This document shows, piece after piece, positions 9,753 through 17,852 of a stretch of DNA of 20,540 bases. The first letter of the stretch is position 1; the number at the start of each line of letters is the position of its first letter. The stretch lies in contig CAZJUB010000045.1 in NCBI GenBank assembly GCA_964549075.1, positions 1 to 20,540 on the forward strand, in the 5' to 3' direction. Under the pieces are notes generated by a model. It was not told the origin of the DNA and searched no databases. It was given only the letters and a program-made list of their open reading frames with translations. The translations under genes and the position numbers were made by a program. The stretch comes from an uncultured archaeon (GTDB lineage Archaea; Asgardarchaeota; Heimdallarchaeia; Heimdallarchaeales; Heimdallarchaeaceae).

Positions 9753-10232
9753 CTAATCTTTTGGATGTAATAAATTATCTGAAACATATATGTCTGTGTT
9801 GGAAATTAATGCTAAAAGTGTAGCATGACTCGGTATCATCTGGAAGTGATGAACTTCTGAGAATCCCTCTAATTTCAGCTCTATTGTAGCTTGATAAGCA
9901 TTAGAGTATGGAACTATGGAATCTATTGTTATCCTTTCTATAATACAAATTTCTGGTATCAATTCTCCTATTGTTAAACGAGAGTCAGTTCCTTCAATAC
10001 CATTTAATCTTCTAGCTATGTCAACTGCAATTGATGTAGGAATATTAGTCATCAAAAAATTTTCTCCATTTTCTAATTCAAAATTTAATAATGGTATTTC
10101 AGCTAAGTACATTCCAGTTGTTCCTTCTTCACTATTATAAACGTCAGGACTAGCAGTAAAAACATCAATTTTAATTACTTTATGAAATTCCTGAGTATCG
10201 GAAGAAGGTTTTCTTTCCATGAGATAAATCAT
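9753..10232 (-). CDS. Bifunctional nuclease (DUF151/BFN)-like protein, divergent
   Basis: Pattern IA..I...L.G....R.T..EL, I.ID...YQATI.L, IPSHA..LAL....IYVS..LL fits DUF151. The usual RPSDA reads IPSHA. Confidence 0.7.
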   Translation of the reverse strand: MIYLMERKPSSDTQEFHKVIKIDVFTASPDVYNSEEGTTGMYLAEIPLLNFELENGENFLMTNIPTSIAVDIARRLNGIEGTDSRLTIGELIPEICIIERITIDSIVPYSNAYQATIELKLEGFSEVHHFQMIPSHATLLALISNTDIYVSDNLLHPKD

Positions 10233-10385
10233 GTTATATTATTGAAAAGTGTTGAGTTTGTCACAACCAGAAAAAGATGAAGAAGTGAAATATTATTGAA
10301 GGAAAAGCACTAATATATTCTAGCTTCATAATAACATAGGTTGAATAAAAGAAATGACAAGCAAGCACTTTATCGGATGTTAACC

Positions 10386-11036
10386 ATGAGAAAAAAGAAT
10401 AAGCAATTAAGTCAATCAAACAGAATAGAAATAATATTAAAGATAGCAATTTCTGCTTCTTTAGGGAGTTTGGGAATTGTTCTTTCTACTATTGTGGTTT
10501 TTATTCCGAATTTTGAATTGATCTCAGTTACGATATTCTTGATTTCTTTGATGTTTGGAATCTTCTATGGGTTGCTTACTGCAATTTCAGTATCTTTAGT
10601 ATATGAATTTATTGTGACTGCAATAGTTGGACCTGCTTCTTATCTCATAATATTTAAATTGGCTTGCTATATTCTTCTTGCTCTTTTTGCTGGTCTTTCT
10701 AGGAAAGTTATTCTGAAGCTTTCTTTCTGGGAATTAGGTATAATTGGATCGATATTTGCATTATTTTATGATATTCTGATTACAATAGGGTTTCAGATAG
10801 CTGTAATTCAGGAGAAAATTGCTATTAGCTATCTTATGTTACTACTAGCTGAAGGAGTATTTTTTACCATTACACACGTCATAAGTAACTTTATTCTATT
10901 TAGCATGACTAAGACAATACTTAACTGGATAGTAACCGCATTCAAAGCTAGAGGATTAAAACAGCTCATGTTACCTTCTCTTATCGAATCTGATGATAGT
11001 AAAATAAGTATGAGTTCAGAAGGAGGGATTAAGTGA
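10386..11036 (+). CDS. ECF transporter S component, CbrT-like (probable cobalamin); alternative starts at 10341 and 10377
   Basis: About 6 TM helices; IPNFELIS loop after helix 1 and H..SN..LF in the last helix. Adjacent to a DUF4430 gene. Confidence 0.75.
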   Translation: MRKKNKQLSQSNRIEIILKIAISASLGSLGIVLSTIVVFIPNFELISVTIFLISLMFGIFYGLLTAISVSLVYEFIVTAIVGPASYLIIFKLACYILLALFAGLSRKVILKLSFWELGIIGSIFALFYDILITIGFQIAVIQEKIAISYLMLLLAEGVFFTITHVISNFILFSMTKTILNWIVTAFKARGLKQLMLPSLIESDDSKISMSSEGGIK

Positions 11037-11482
11037 AACGTTCTAAAATAATTTTTATTGTACTTGCCCTTTTACTCATTGTCTTTCTTAGTGTCATTCT
11101 CTCATTTCATATTAGTAACATTGTTCGTAATCAAAGTGACAAAGAAGTGGAAATTTTAGTTATTATAGATTTTGGGGCTTTAAAAGAAACTGACAATTAT
11201 CTTGAATACTATGTTAATGTTACAGAAGGAAGTTCTGCTTTTGATGCTTTTACTTTAGTAGCTAACTTAACAATTACAAACTACCCCTTTGGTGTATATA
11301 TTAGAGGAGTGAATGGCTATATGGAAGAACTTCCTAATTTCTGGATATTTTATTATTATGATCTTGAACTTAAAGAATGGGTGTACTCAGCTGTAGGTGT
11401 TAGTCATTATTATCTTTATGAAGGGTATAAAATCAAATTACAATATAACGGACAATTTTTGTTAAACAGTTGTTTACGGTGA
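11033..11482 (+). CDS. Membrane-anchored DUF4430 (transcobalamin C-terminal-like) protein, probable cobalamin binder
   Basis: N-terminal TM anchor, then GSSAFDA, G.YI.GVNG, FWIFY, YS.VGVS.Y.L..G..I. GTGA overlap with the upstream gene; GGAGG SD. Confidence 0.8.
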   Translation: MKRSKIIFIVLALLLIVFLSVILSFHISNIVRNQSDKEVEILVIIDFGALKETDNYLEYYVNVTEGSSAFDAFTLVANLTITNYPFGVYIRGVNGYMEELPNFWIFYYYDLELKEWVYSAVGVSHYYLYEGYKIKLQYNGQFLLNSCLR

Positions 11483-11487
11483 AATTA

Positions 11488-12372
11488 ATGTCTCAAAATA
11501 AAGGTGCTTTCTTGTTAATTGCTTTTAAAACAACTAAACCAATGATTCTTGTTTTACTGCCATTATTGTTTTTGAGCTACTTAATTGGATTCATTTATTC
11601 ATCACTAGAGTCTTTTTTGTACCTTTTTCCATCAAGTGGGGAAGAATATTCTTTTCAGATTTTAGAAGGTGTTATCCTTGTTTCTATTACGGTTGTGAGT
11701 GCATTTCTTATAGTTTTAGCAATCAGAAAAAATCTTGTTAGATTGTTAAAATATTTTTATGGTTTCATTTTTCTCATTTCTTCAGTTAGCATTTTTTGGG
11801 TACATGGGTATTTCTTCGAGCTTGCATTTTCCCTCAATTCAATGTGGCTCGAAATTGCTTTTGCTGCTATTGGAGTTATAGTGGGATTATTATCTGTTAT
11901 ATTTATTATCTTAGAAAGATCGCATATTTTAATTAAAAATCTCTTGGTTTTTATTTTAGGAATTGCTATGGGTACTGTTTTTGGAGCTGTTTTTCCTATA
12001 GCTTCTTTTCTTTCACTTATTATTTTCATTTCTCTTTTTGATATCTATTCTGTTTTCAAAGGTCCAATCAACCAACTTCTTAAGAAAACTAATATGTCGA
12101 TTTCTGCAAATAATGAGAACATAGCCACAACAAGTGTGGCTATAGGAATTGGCGATTTTGTATTCTATTCTTCAATCGTTACTTTTGTAACAAAGAATCT
12201 AGGACTAATACTTGGTTTTGCAGCTATTATAGGAATACTTGTTGGAATACAAATAACAAAAAACATGCTAGTAAAATATGGAAAGTTTCCTGGTCTTCCT
12301 ATTCCAATTTTTCTCTCTCTTTTTCTTGTCTTAATAGGCTGGTTGATAATGAATCATGTTCTATTGATTTGA
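11488..12372 (+). CDS. Presenilin-like (A22, GxGD) intramembrane aspartyl protease
   Basis: About 9 TM helices with ISLFDIYSVFKGP (first Asp), IGIGDFVFYS (second Asp) and PGLPIPI (PAL motif). ATG 11488 lies 5 nt after the DUF4430 stop. Confidence 0.92.
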   Translation: MSQNKGAFLLIAFKTTKPMILVLLPLLFLSYLIGFIYSSLESFLYLFPSSGEEYSFQILEGVILVSITVVSAFLIVLAIRKNLVRLLKYFYGFIFLISSVSIFWVHGYFFELAFSLNSMWLEIAFAAIGVIVGLLSVIFIILERSHILIKNLLVFILGIAMGTVFGAVFPIASFLSLIIFISLFDIYSVFKGPINQLLKKTNMSISANNENIATTSVAIGIGDFVFYSSIVTFVTKNLGLILGFAAIIGILVGIQITKNMLVKYGKFPGLPIPIFLSLFLVLIGWLIMNHVLLI

Positions 12373-12404
12373 TATCTTGCTTTCATTTAATGAGAACTAA
12401 AATC

Positions 12405-12420
12405 AAAAGGTTTAAAATAA
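12405..12420 (+). promoter_or_regulatory. Putative BRE/TATA promoter of rps19
   Basis: CAAAAGG followed by TTTAAAATA, about 30 nt before GTG 12451. Confidence 0.45.
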
Positions 12421-12450
12421 CAAATTGGGCTATCAACTCGGTAGAATACA

Positions 12451-12864
12451 GTGTCTAGTCGTAAGTTTAGGTATAGGGGTTTCACACTAGAAGAATTGAA
12501 ACAAAAATCTATGGATGAAATATTGGACTTATTACCTTCAAGGAGAAGAAGAAGTTTATCTCGACAAGAATTTTGGACTCCACGTAGGAAAAAGCTCTTA
12601 GAAGATATTAGACGTGCAATGGAGGCTAATGAACGAGGAGAAAAAATCGTTGTAAGAACCCATGTAAGAGACATGCCAATATTACCAGAGATGGTTGGAG
12701 CTACAGTTGCTATTTATAATGGTCGTGAATACTTGGAAATTGAGATACAACCTCAAATGATAGGACACTTGCTAGGAGAATTCTCACCAAGTACAAAAGT
12801 TGTTAGACACGGTGCTCCTGGAATTGGTGCTACAAGATCTTCACTTTATGTTCCATTAAAATAA
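12451..12864 (+). CDS. rps19p: 30S ribosomal protein uS19 (archaeal S19P, eukaryotic S15)
   Basis: FRYRG..LEEL, RTHVRDMPILPEMVG, YNG, MIGHLLGEF and GIGATRSSLYVPLK. Confidence 0.98.
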   Translation: MSSRKFRYRGFTLEELKQKSMDEILDLLPSRRRRSLSRQEFWTPRRKKLLEDIRRAMEANERGEKIVVRTHVRDMPILPEMVGATVAIYNGREYLEIEIQPQMIGHLLGEFSPSTKVVRHGAPGIGATRSSLYVPLK

Positions 12865-12885
12865 TTCCTCTTCTTTTATGTTTTT
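12865..12885 (+). terminator. Pyrimidine/oligo-T terminator
   Basis: TTCCTCTTCTTTTATGTTTTT after the stop codon. Confidence 0.45.
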
Positions 12886-12923
12886 ACTTAAATTTTTTAA
12901 ACAAGCTTACAATTGATTAATGG

Positions 12924-13298
12924 ATGAATTCTTCAGAAAAAATAAATAATTCACACAATCCACGAGAATCAAAAGCTTTTCAGAGGTTGGAGAAGAATCT
13001 TACAATAGATTTATTGTGGATTTGGATATTAAAATTACTTCGTTCTGAACCGAAATACGCCTATCAACTAAAACAAGAAATCCAAGAACACTTTGGATTT
13101 AGTCCTGCAACTGTTACGAATTATACAATATTGTATTTGTTAGAGAAAGAAGGATTGGTGGAGAAAACAGAGAGGACTAATAGTGTTGAACGAATAGACC
13201 GAAAATATTATGTTATTACTAAATTTGGTCAAGAAGTGATGGATGAAGCAGAATCATATCTAGATGATGTATATAAAAAACTCTTTTCCGATAATTAG
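12924..13298 (+). CDS. PadR-family transcriptional regulator
   Basis: ILKLL...PKYAYQL, Y.IL..LEKEGLV and RKYY.IT.FG. Confidence 0.9.
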   Translation: MNSSEKINNSHNPRESKAFQRLEKNLTIDLLWIWILKLLRSEPKYAYQLKQEIQEHFGFSPATVTNYTILYLLEKEGLVEKTERTNSVERIDRKYYVITKFGQEVMDEAESYLDDVYKKLFSDN

Positions 13299-13389
13299 AC
13301 TACTCAAAAGTCACTCATTTTTCAACAACCTTAAAAATTATAATTTTGCAAGAAGTTTAGGTATTGCACGATGAAGGTGGAAATTTAAA

Positions 13390-13662
13390 ATGCCAAAGAA
13401 AAGAAAATCGGGAGGAAGGTCTGGAGGTAAAAGAGGAAGAGCTTCTGGAGTCCAGTGTCATGGATGTGGGAAAATTGTTCCTTCAGATAAAGCGAAAAAA
13501 TTCTCTGTATACTCTAGTGCAGTTGACTATCGATTGGCAAAAGAACTAAGAGATGAAGGTACAATAATACCAAGACAAAAGAAAATAGTCTATTATTGTA
13601 TATCTTGCTCAGTTCATAAAGGAAGAACAAATATCAGATCAAAAGATGATCGAAGAGGTTAA
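13390..13662 (+). CDS. rps26e: 30S ribosomal protein eS26
   Basis: MPKKRKSGGR, CxxC (CHGC), VP.DKA.K and YCISCSVH zinc-finger motif. Confidence 0.95.
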   Translation: MPKKRKSGGRSGGKRGRASGVQCHGCGKIVPSDKAKKFSVYSSAVDYRLAKELRDEGTIIPRQKKIVYYCISCSVHKGRTNIRSKDDRRG

Positions 13663-13719
13663 ATCTTTCTTCTTATCCATTTTTTGCTCTCTTACCTTTT
13701 ATTTTTGGAGTTTAAAGTT

Positions 13720-14298
13720 ATGCTAACATTTGTAGTAATATCTTCCACAATTAGAACTACAACAAGGAAAAACATCAGATCAGTAGTGGGGGGTCAGGAA
13801 AGATTTGATGTCTTAGCTAGATGTTTACTTAATCTTGATAGATGGAAAGAAAGACTCAAATCTGATTTGAATCTTGTCCTTTATCTTTCACATCCAGAAG
13901 AGCAAATTGCATTGTATATTCAATTGAACAAACTCCCACGCACACTTAAAAGTGAATTAGATTCTGTACTAACATTGCTGGATATGTTTACTAAACCTAT
14001 GGATTCTTTTTTTAGATTTGTTGCTATTAATTTTGAAAACCTTATGAAAATCTTTTTTGAAACCGCAACCATATATTATTTGACACCTGATGGAATTCCT
14101 TTAGAAGAATTTACGGCAGAAATTAATCAAACTACAGAATTGTGTTTTGTGTTAGGTAGTCAAAATGACTTATCAGAAACACAAGAACAGGTTTTATCAA
14201 ATCTTGATGTAGTCCCACTTAGTTTAGGAAAACCAGATTATCTAGCGTCTCATGTAATAACAATAATCTGTAATCAATTTTCTTTAAGTTATGACTAA
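13720..14298 (+). CDS. trmY: SPOUT methyltransferase, tRNA (pseudouridine54-N1)-methyltransferase TrmY-like
   Basis: RFDVLARC, FVLG and LSLG..YLASHVI knot motifs. ATG 13720 has GGAG 9 nt upstream. Confidence 0.75.
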   Translation: MLTFVVISSTIRTTTRKNIRSVVGGQERFDVLARCLLNLDRWKERLKSDLNLVLYLSHPEEQIALYIQLNKLPRTLKSELDSVLTLLDMFTKPMDSFFRFVAINFENLMKIFFETATIYYLTPDGIPLEEFTAEINQTTELCFVLGSQNDLSETQEQVLSNLDVVPLSLGKPDYLASHVITIICNQFSLSYD

Positions 14299-14353
14299 AT
14301 TCTCCTTATTTTGACGAAACTCTTAATTATTCTAAAAGATAAAGCATGCTGAT

Positions 14354-14617
14354 ATGGAAGAAGACAAACCTCCAGTTATAACGAAAAGAATTTTAGTTCT
14401 GGGTTTTACGACTCCTTTTATTTTCAGTATTGGGGGGATGTTAATTGCATATTATGCAACCCAAAATCTATCTGAAAACACTCGTAATATTGCATTAATT
14501 ATTGCTACCTTTATCGGTCTCTTTTTATCAATTGGAGTAATTTTTTTGATGCAATGGAACATTAAAAGGAAATTAAAGAAAGTAGATGGTTCTAAAATAG
14601 AAGAATCTGAGAAATGA
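14354..14617 (+). CDS. Small two-TM hairpin membrane protein
   Basis: Two hydrophobic segments with charged termini; fills the gap between genes on the same strand. Confidence 0.7.
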   Translation: MEEDKPPVITKRILVLGFTTPFIFSIGGMLIAYYATQNLSENTRNIALIIATFIGLFLSIGVIFLMQWNIKRKLKKVDGSKIEESEK

Positions 14618-14747
14618 AGTAATTCAAAATGCTTCAAGGATACGATGTTCTAATAGTATTTTGAATCTGTCAGAATTTTGATGGTAAAGCGGAAATTTTT
14701 TAAAATCTGCCAAGTAGTTCGAAATATAAACTTCAAAGGCTTTTAAA

Positions 14748-16073
14748 ATGGCTACAAAAAGAAGAAAAATTCTTATAATGGGTGCTGCTGGTCGAGATTT
14801 TCATAATTTCAATACTTATTATAGAAACAATGAATCATATGAAGTAGTTGCTTTTACTGCTACTCAAATTCCTGATATAGTTGACCGAAAGTATCCTTCA
14901 GAACTCTCAGGAGATTTATATCCTGAAGGTATCCCAATTTTTGACGAGAGTGAACTTGTTGATTTAATCAAAAAATTTGATGTAGATGAAGTTGTATTCT
15001 CATATTCTGATGTTCCTCATTTGTATGTGATGCACAAAGCTTCTTTAGTTAATGCAACTGGTGCAGCTTTCACACTATTGGGAACAAAAGGAACCATGAT
15101 CAAAAGCACAAAACCTTTGATTAGTGTTTGTGCAGTAAGAACTGGAAGTGGAAAATCTCAAACTTCAAGAAAGATTGTTCAACTTCTACATGATGCAGGA
15201 AAGAAGATTGTTGCAATACGTCATCCTATGCCTTACGGTGATCTTGCTAAACAAGCAGTCCAAAGATTTGCTGAATATTCAGATTTAGATAAAAATGAAA
15301 CAACTATAGAAGAAAGAGAAGAATATGAACCTTACATTGATAAAGGATTAGTTATCTACTCTGGAGTTGATTATGAAGCAATTTTAAGAGAAGCAGAAAA
15401 AGAAGCTGATATAATTCTGTGGGATGGAGGAAATAATGACTTTCCGTTCTATAAAAGCGATTTGAGTTTCGTAGTTGCCGATCCTCACAGAGTTGGTGAT
15501 GAGTTAACATATCACCCTGGTGAAACTAACTTGATTCTTGCTGATGTTATTATTGTGAATAAAATAACTACTACATCTTATACAAATGTTATGCAATTAG
15601 AAGAAAACATTAGACATGCTAATCCTAGAGCTGTTATAGTTGAAGCTGCTTCACCTATATTTGTTGATAAACCAGAATTGGTTAAAGGTAAAAAAGTATT
15701 AGTTATAGAAGACGGTCCTACTTTAACACATGGTGGAATGAAATATGGTGCTGGAGTTGTAGCAGCTAGAAGGTATGGTGCAGCAGAATTAGTTGATCCT
15801 AGACCATATCTTGTTGGTAGCATTAAGGAGACTTTTGAACATTATCCTGATATAGGTACTTTATTACCAGCAATGGGATATTTTGATCAACAACTAAAGG
15901 ATTTAGAAGAAACTATAAGAAAAACAGAATGTGATGTTGTAGTTTCAGCAACACCAATTGATATTACTCGTTTGATTAAAGTAGACAAACCTATTGTTCG
16001 AGTTAAATATGAACTTGAAGAAATAGGTTATCCGAAATTAAAGGATATCCTTAAAGAAAAAGGATTCCTTTAG
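14748..16073 (+). CDS. arcE: COG2403 P-loop protein, probable arginine synthetase (ArcE); the family is often annotated as GTPase or cDPG synthetase-like
   Basis: MGAAGRDFHNFN, VVAFTATQIP, AVRTGSGKSQTSR, RHPMPYG, IEEREEYEP, WDGGNND, EDGPTLTHGGM and LPAMGY. Confidence 0.8.
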   Translation: MATKRRKILIMGAAGRDFHNFNTYYRNNESYEVVAFTATQIPDIVDRKYPSELSGDLYPEGIPIFDESELVDLIKKFDVDEVVFSYSDVPHLYVMHKASLVNATGAAFTLLGTKGTMIKSTKPLISVCAVRTGSGKSQTSRKIVQLLHDAGKKIVAIRHPMPYGDLAKQAVQRFAEYSDLDKNETTIEEREEYEPYIDKGLVIYSGVDYEAILREAEKEADIILWDGGNNDFPFYKSDLSFVVADPHRVGDELTYHPGETNLILADVIIVNKITTTSYTNVMQLEENIRHANPRAVIVEAASPIFVDKPELVKGKKVLVIEDGPTLTHGGMKYGAGVVAARRYGAAELVDPRPYLVGSIKETFEHYPDIGTLLPAMGYFDQQLKDLEETIRKTECDVVVSATPIDITRLIKVDKPIVRVKYELEEIGYPKLKDILKEKGFL

Positions 16074-16100
16074 TTCTTCCTTCTCTTTTTTTGTTTTTTT
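16074..16100 (+). terminator. Oligo-T terminator
   Basis: TTCTTCCTTCTCTTTTTTTGTTTTTTT after the stop codon. Confidence 0.6.
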
Positions 16101-16178
16101 AGAATTGATCTAATGAAATTCTAGAATATACATACACTTAATATTTTTAATTAACATCTTTATTCGAGAGTTTCGTTC

Positions 16179-16994
16179 ATGAAAAGAAAGAACTTAGCAG
16201 AAAGATATGGCTCTTGGGCACTGATTGCTGGAGGATCACAAGGAATTGGTGAAGCTTTTGCAATTAAATTGGCTGAAAAAGGTTTGAATTTAGTTTTAAT
16301 TGCACGTAGAATCGAGCCTTTAGAACAAGTTGCTGAGAAAATTAGAACCAAATATGGTATTGAAATAAAATGTATCTCTTTAGATCTTGCTAGTGATGAT
16401 ATTGTTTCTAAAATTCAAGATGAAATAGGTGATATTGAGATTGGTATTCTTGTTTATAATGCAGCTATAATACCAATTGGAAATTATTTCAATTCTGATT
16501 TAGAGGAACAACTTAAGGTAATTAATATCAATTGTAGGGGACCAACTTATCTTATCGATTACTTTGGAAGAAAGATGAGAAAAAGAGGAAAAGGTGGTAT
16601 TATCCTTATAAGTTCAATGGCTGGATTACAAGGGACACCAATAAATGTTCATTATGCTGCTTCAAAAGCTTATAATATTGTCTTAGCTGAAGGATTGTGG
16701 TATGAATTGAAAGATTTTGGGGTAGATGTCATTGTCAGTATTACTGGTGCAACTGCTACTCCTAATTATATTGCAACAAATCCCGATAAACCTGGTTTTT
16801 TTGTTCCAAAACCACTTGATCCACTCCTTGTAGCTAAAGAATCTTTAGGAAAATTAGGGAAAAAACCATATGTCGTACCAGGATTTGCAAACAAAATAGC
16901 AAGTTTCTTCATCAAACATTTTCTAACTAGAAAACAAGCTATAAAATTAATTGGCAAAAATACCATCAAAATGTATGGTAAGTATGATTCCTAA
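16179..16994 (+). CDS. Short-chain dehydrogenase/reductase (classical SDR, 17beta-HSD12/DltE-like, likely NADP)
   Basis: YGSWALIAGGSQGIG, LIARR, YNAA, SS and catalytic YAASK. Confidence 0.9.
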   Translation: MKRKNLAERYGSWALIAGGSQGIGEAFAIKLAEKGLNLVLIARRIEPLEQVAEKIRTKYGIEIKCISLDLASDDIVSKIQDEIGDIEIGILVYNAAIIPIGNYFNSDLEEQLKVININCRGPTYLIDYFGRKMRKRGKGGIILISSMAGLQGTPINVHYAASKAYNIVLAEGLWYELKDFGVDVIVSITGATATPNYIATNPDKPGFFVPKPLDPLLVAKESLGKLGKKPYVVPGFANKIASFFIKHFLTRKQAIKLIGKNTIKMYGKYDS

Positions 16995-17051
16995 ATTTAG
17001 ATTAAAGAAACAAGTTTTATATTGAGCTCTCTTTATTTGAATGTAGATTGT

Positions 17052-17852
17052 ATGCCCTCTAAAATACCAAATGAAACCATCGAGGATGGTTCAGATGTTT
17101 TAATTGTTTTAGATTCCCATAAAAGGTGGTTATCTAAAGTAACAAGCGGAAAGCAATTTCATTGTCATAAGGGATTTTTTGAATTTGATCAGATTATTGG
17201 CCAACCTTATGGATGTAAAATTAGAACGAACAAATCAATTGATCTAACTATATATAAACCAATTCCTAGTGATTATTTGCAACATATTCCTCACAGTTCT
17301 CAAATAATATACAGCAAAGATGCGGGTATGATTTTACTAAATGGTGGAATTCATCCAGGTAGTATTGTCATTGAAGCAGGAACAGGAAGTGGTGCGTTAA
17401 CCTCAATATTAGCAAAATATGTGGGATCAGAAGGTCATGTCTATACTTATGATAACAGAGAAGAAGCACATACAACTTCAAAGAAAAATCTTGAAAGATT
17501 AGGATTAGATTCACATGTAACTCTTAAATTAAAAGATGCTTCAGAAGGATTCGATGAACAAAAAGTTGATGCTGTTGTATTGGATTTAGGTGATCCTTGT
17601 GAGATTATTCCTCATGCATATAATTCATTAAAATTGGGTGGTGTTATTAGTATCTTCATGCCTACATATAATCAAGTTGAAAAAGTGTATGAGAAGCTAC
17701 GCGAATTCAGTTTTGGTGATATTGAAGCTCTAGAATTAATACTTAGAGGAATACAACTAAAACGAAATGCAATTCGACCAAATACAAGAATGATTGGTCA
17801 CACAGGTTTTCTAATATTTGCACGGAAATTAATGGGAGAAAATCAGCAATGA
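17052..17852 (+). CDS. trmI: tRNA (adenine58-N1)-methyltransferase TrmI
   Basis: QIIYSKD, IEAGTGSGAL, VVLDL, RP..RMIGHTGFL. The likely start is ATG 17052 rather than TTG 17022. Confidence 0.95.
   Translation: MPSKIPNETIEDGSDVLIVLDSHKRWLSKVTSGKQFHCHKGFFEFDQIIGQPYGCKIRTNKSIDLTIYKPIPSDYLQHIPHSSQIIYSKDAGMILLNGGIHPGSIVIEAGTGSGALTSILAKYVGSEGHVYTYDNREEAHTTSKKNLERLGLDSHVTLKLKDASEGFDEQKVDAVVLDLGDPCEIIPHAYNSLKLGGVISIFMPTYNQVEKVYEKLREFSFGDIEALELILRGIQLKRNAIRPNTRMIGHTGFLIFARKLMGENQQ

Noticed and set aside
10233-10385. Cobalamin riboswitch upstream of the ECF S gene
   Set aside because: The region is very AT-rich with no B12-box or GC-rich stems; it looks like a plain divergent promoter region.
11480-11490. 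Selenocysteine readthrough or fusion of DUF4430 with presenilin at TGA
   Set aside because: The domain is complete before the TGA, the protease is in a different frame, and no SECIS-like stem is evident.
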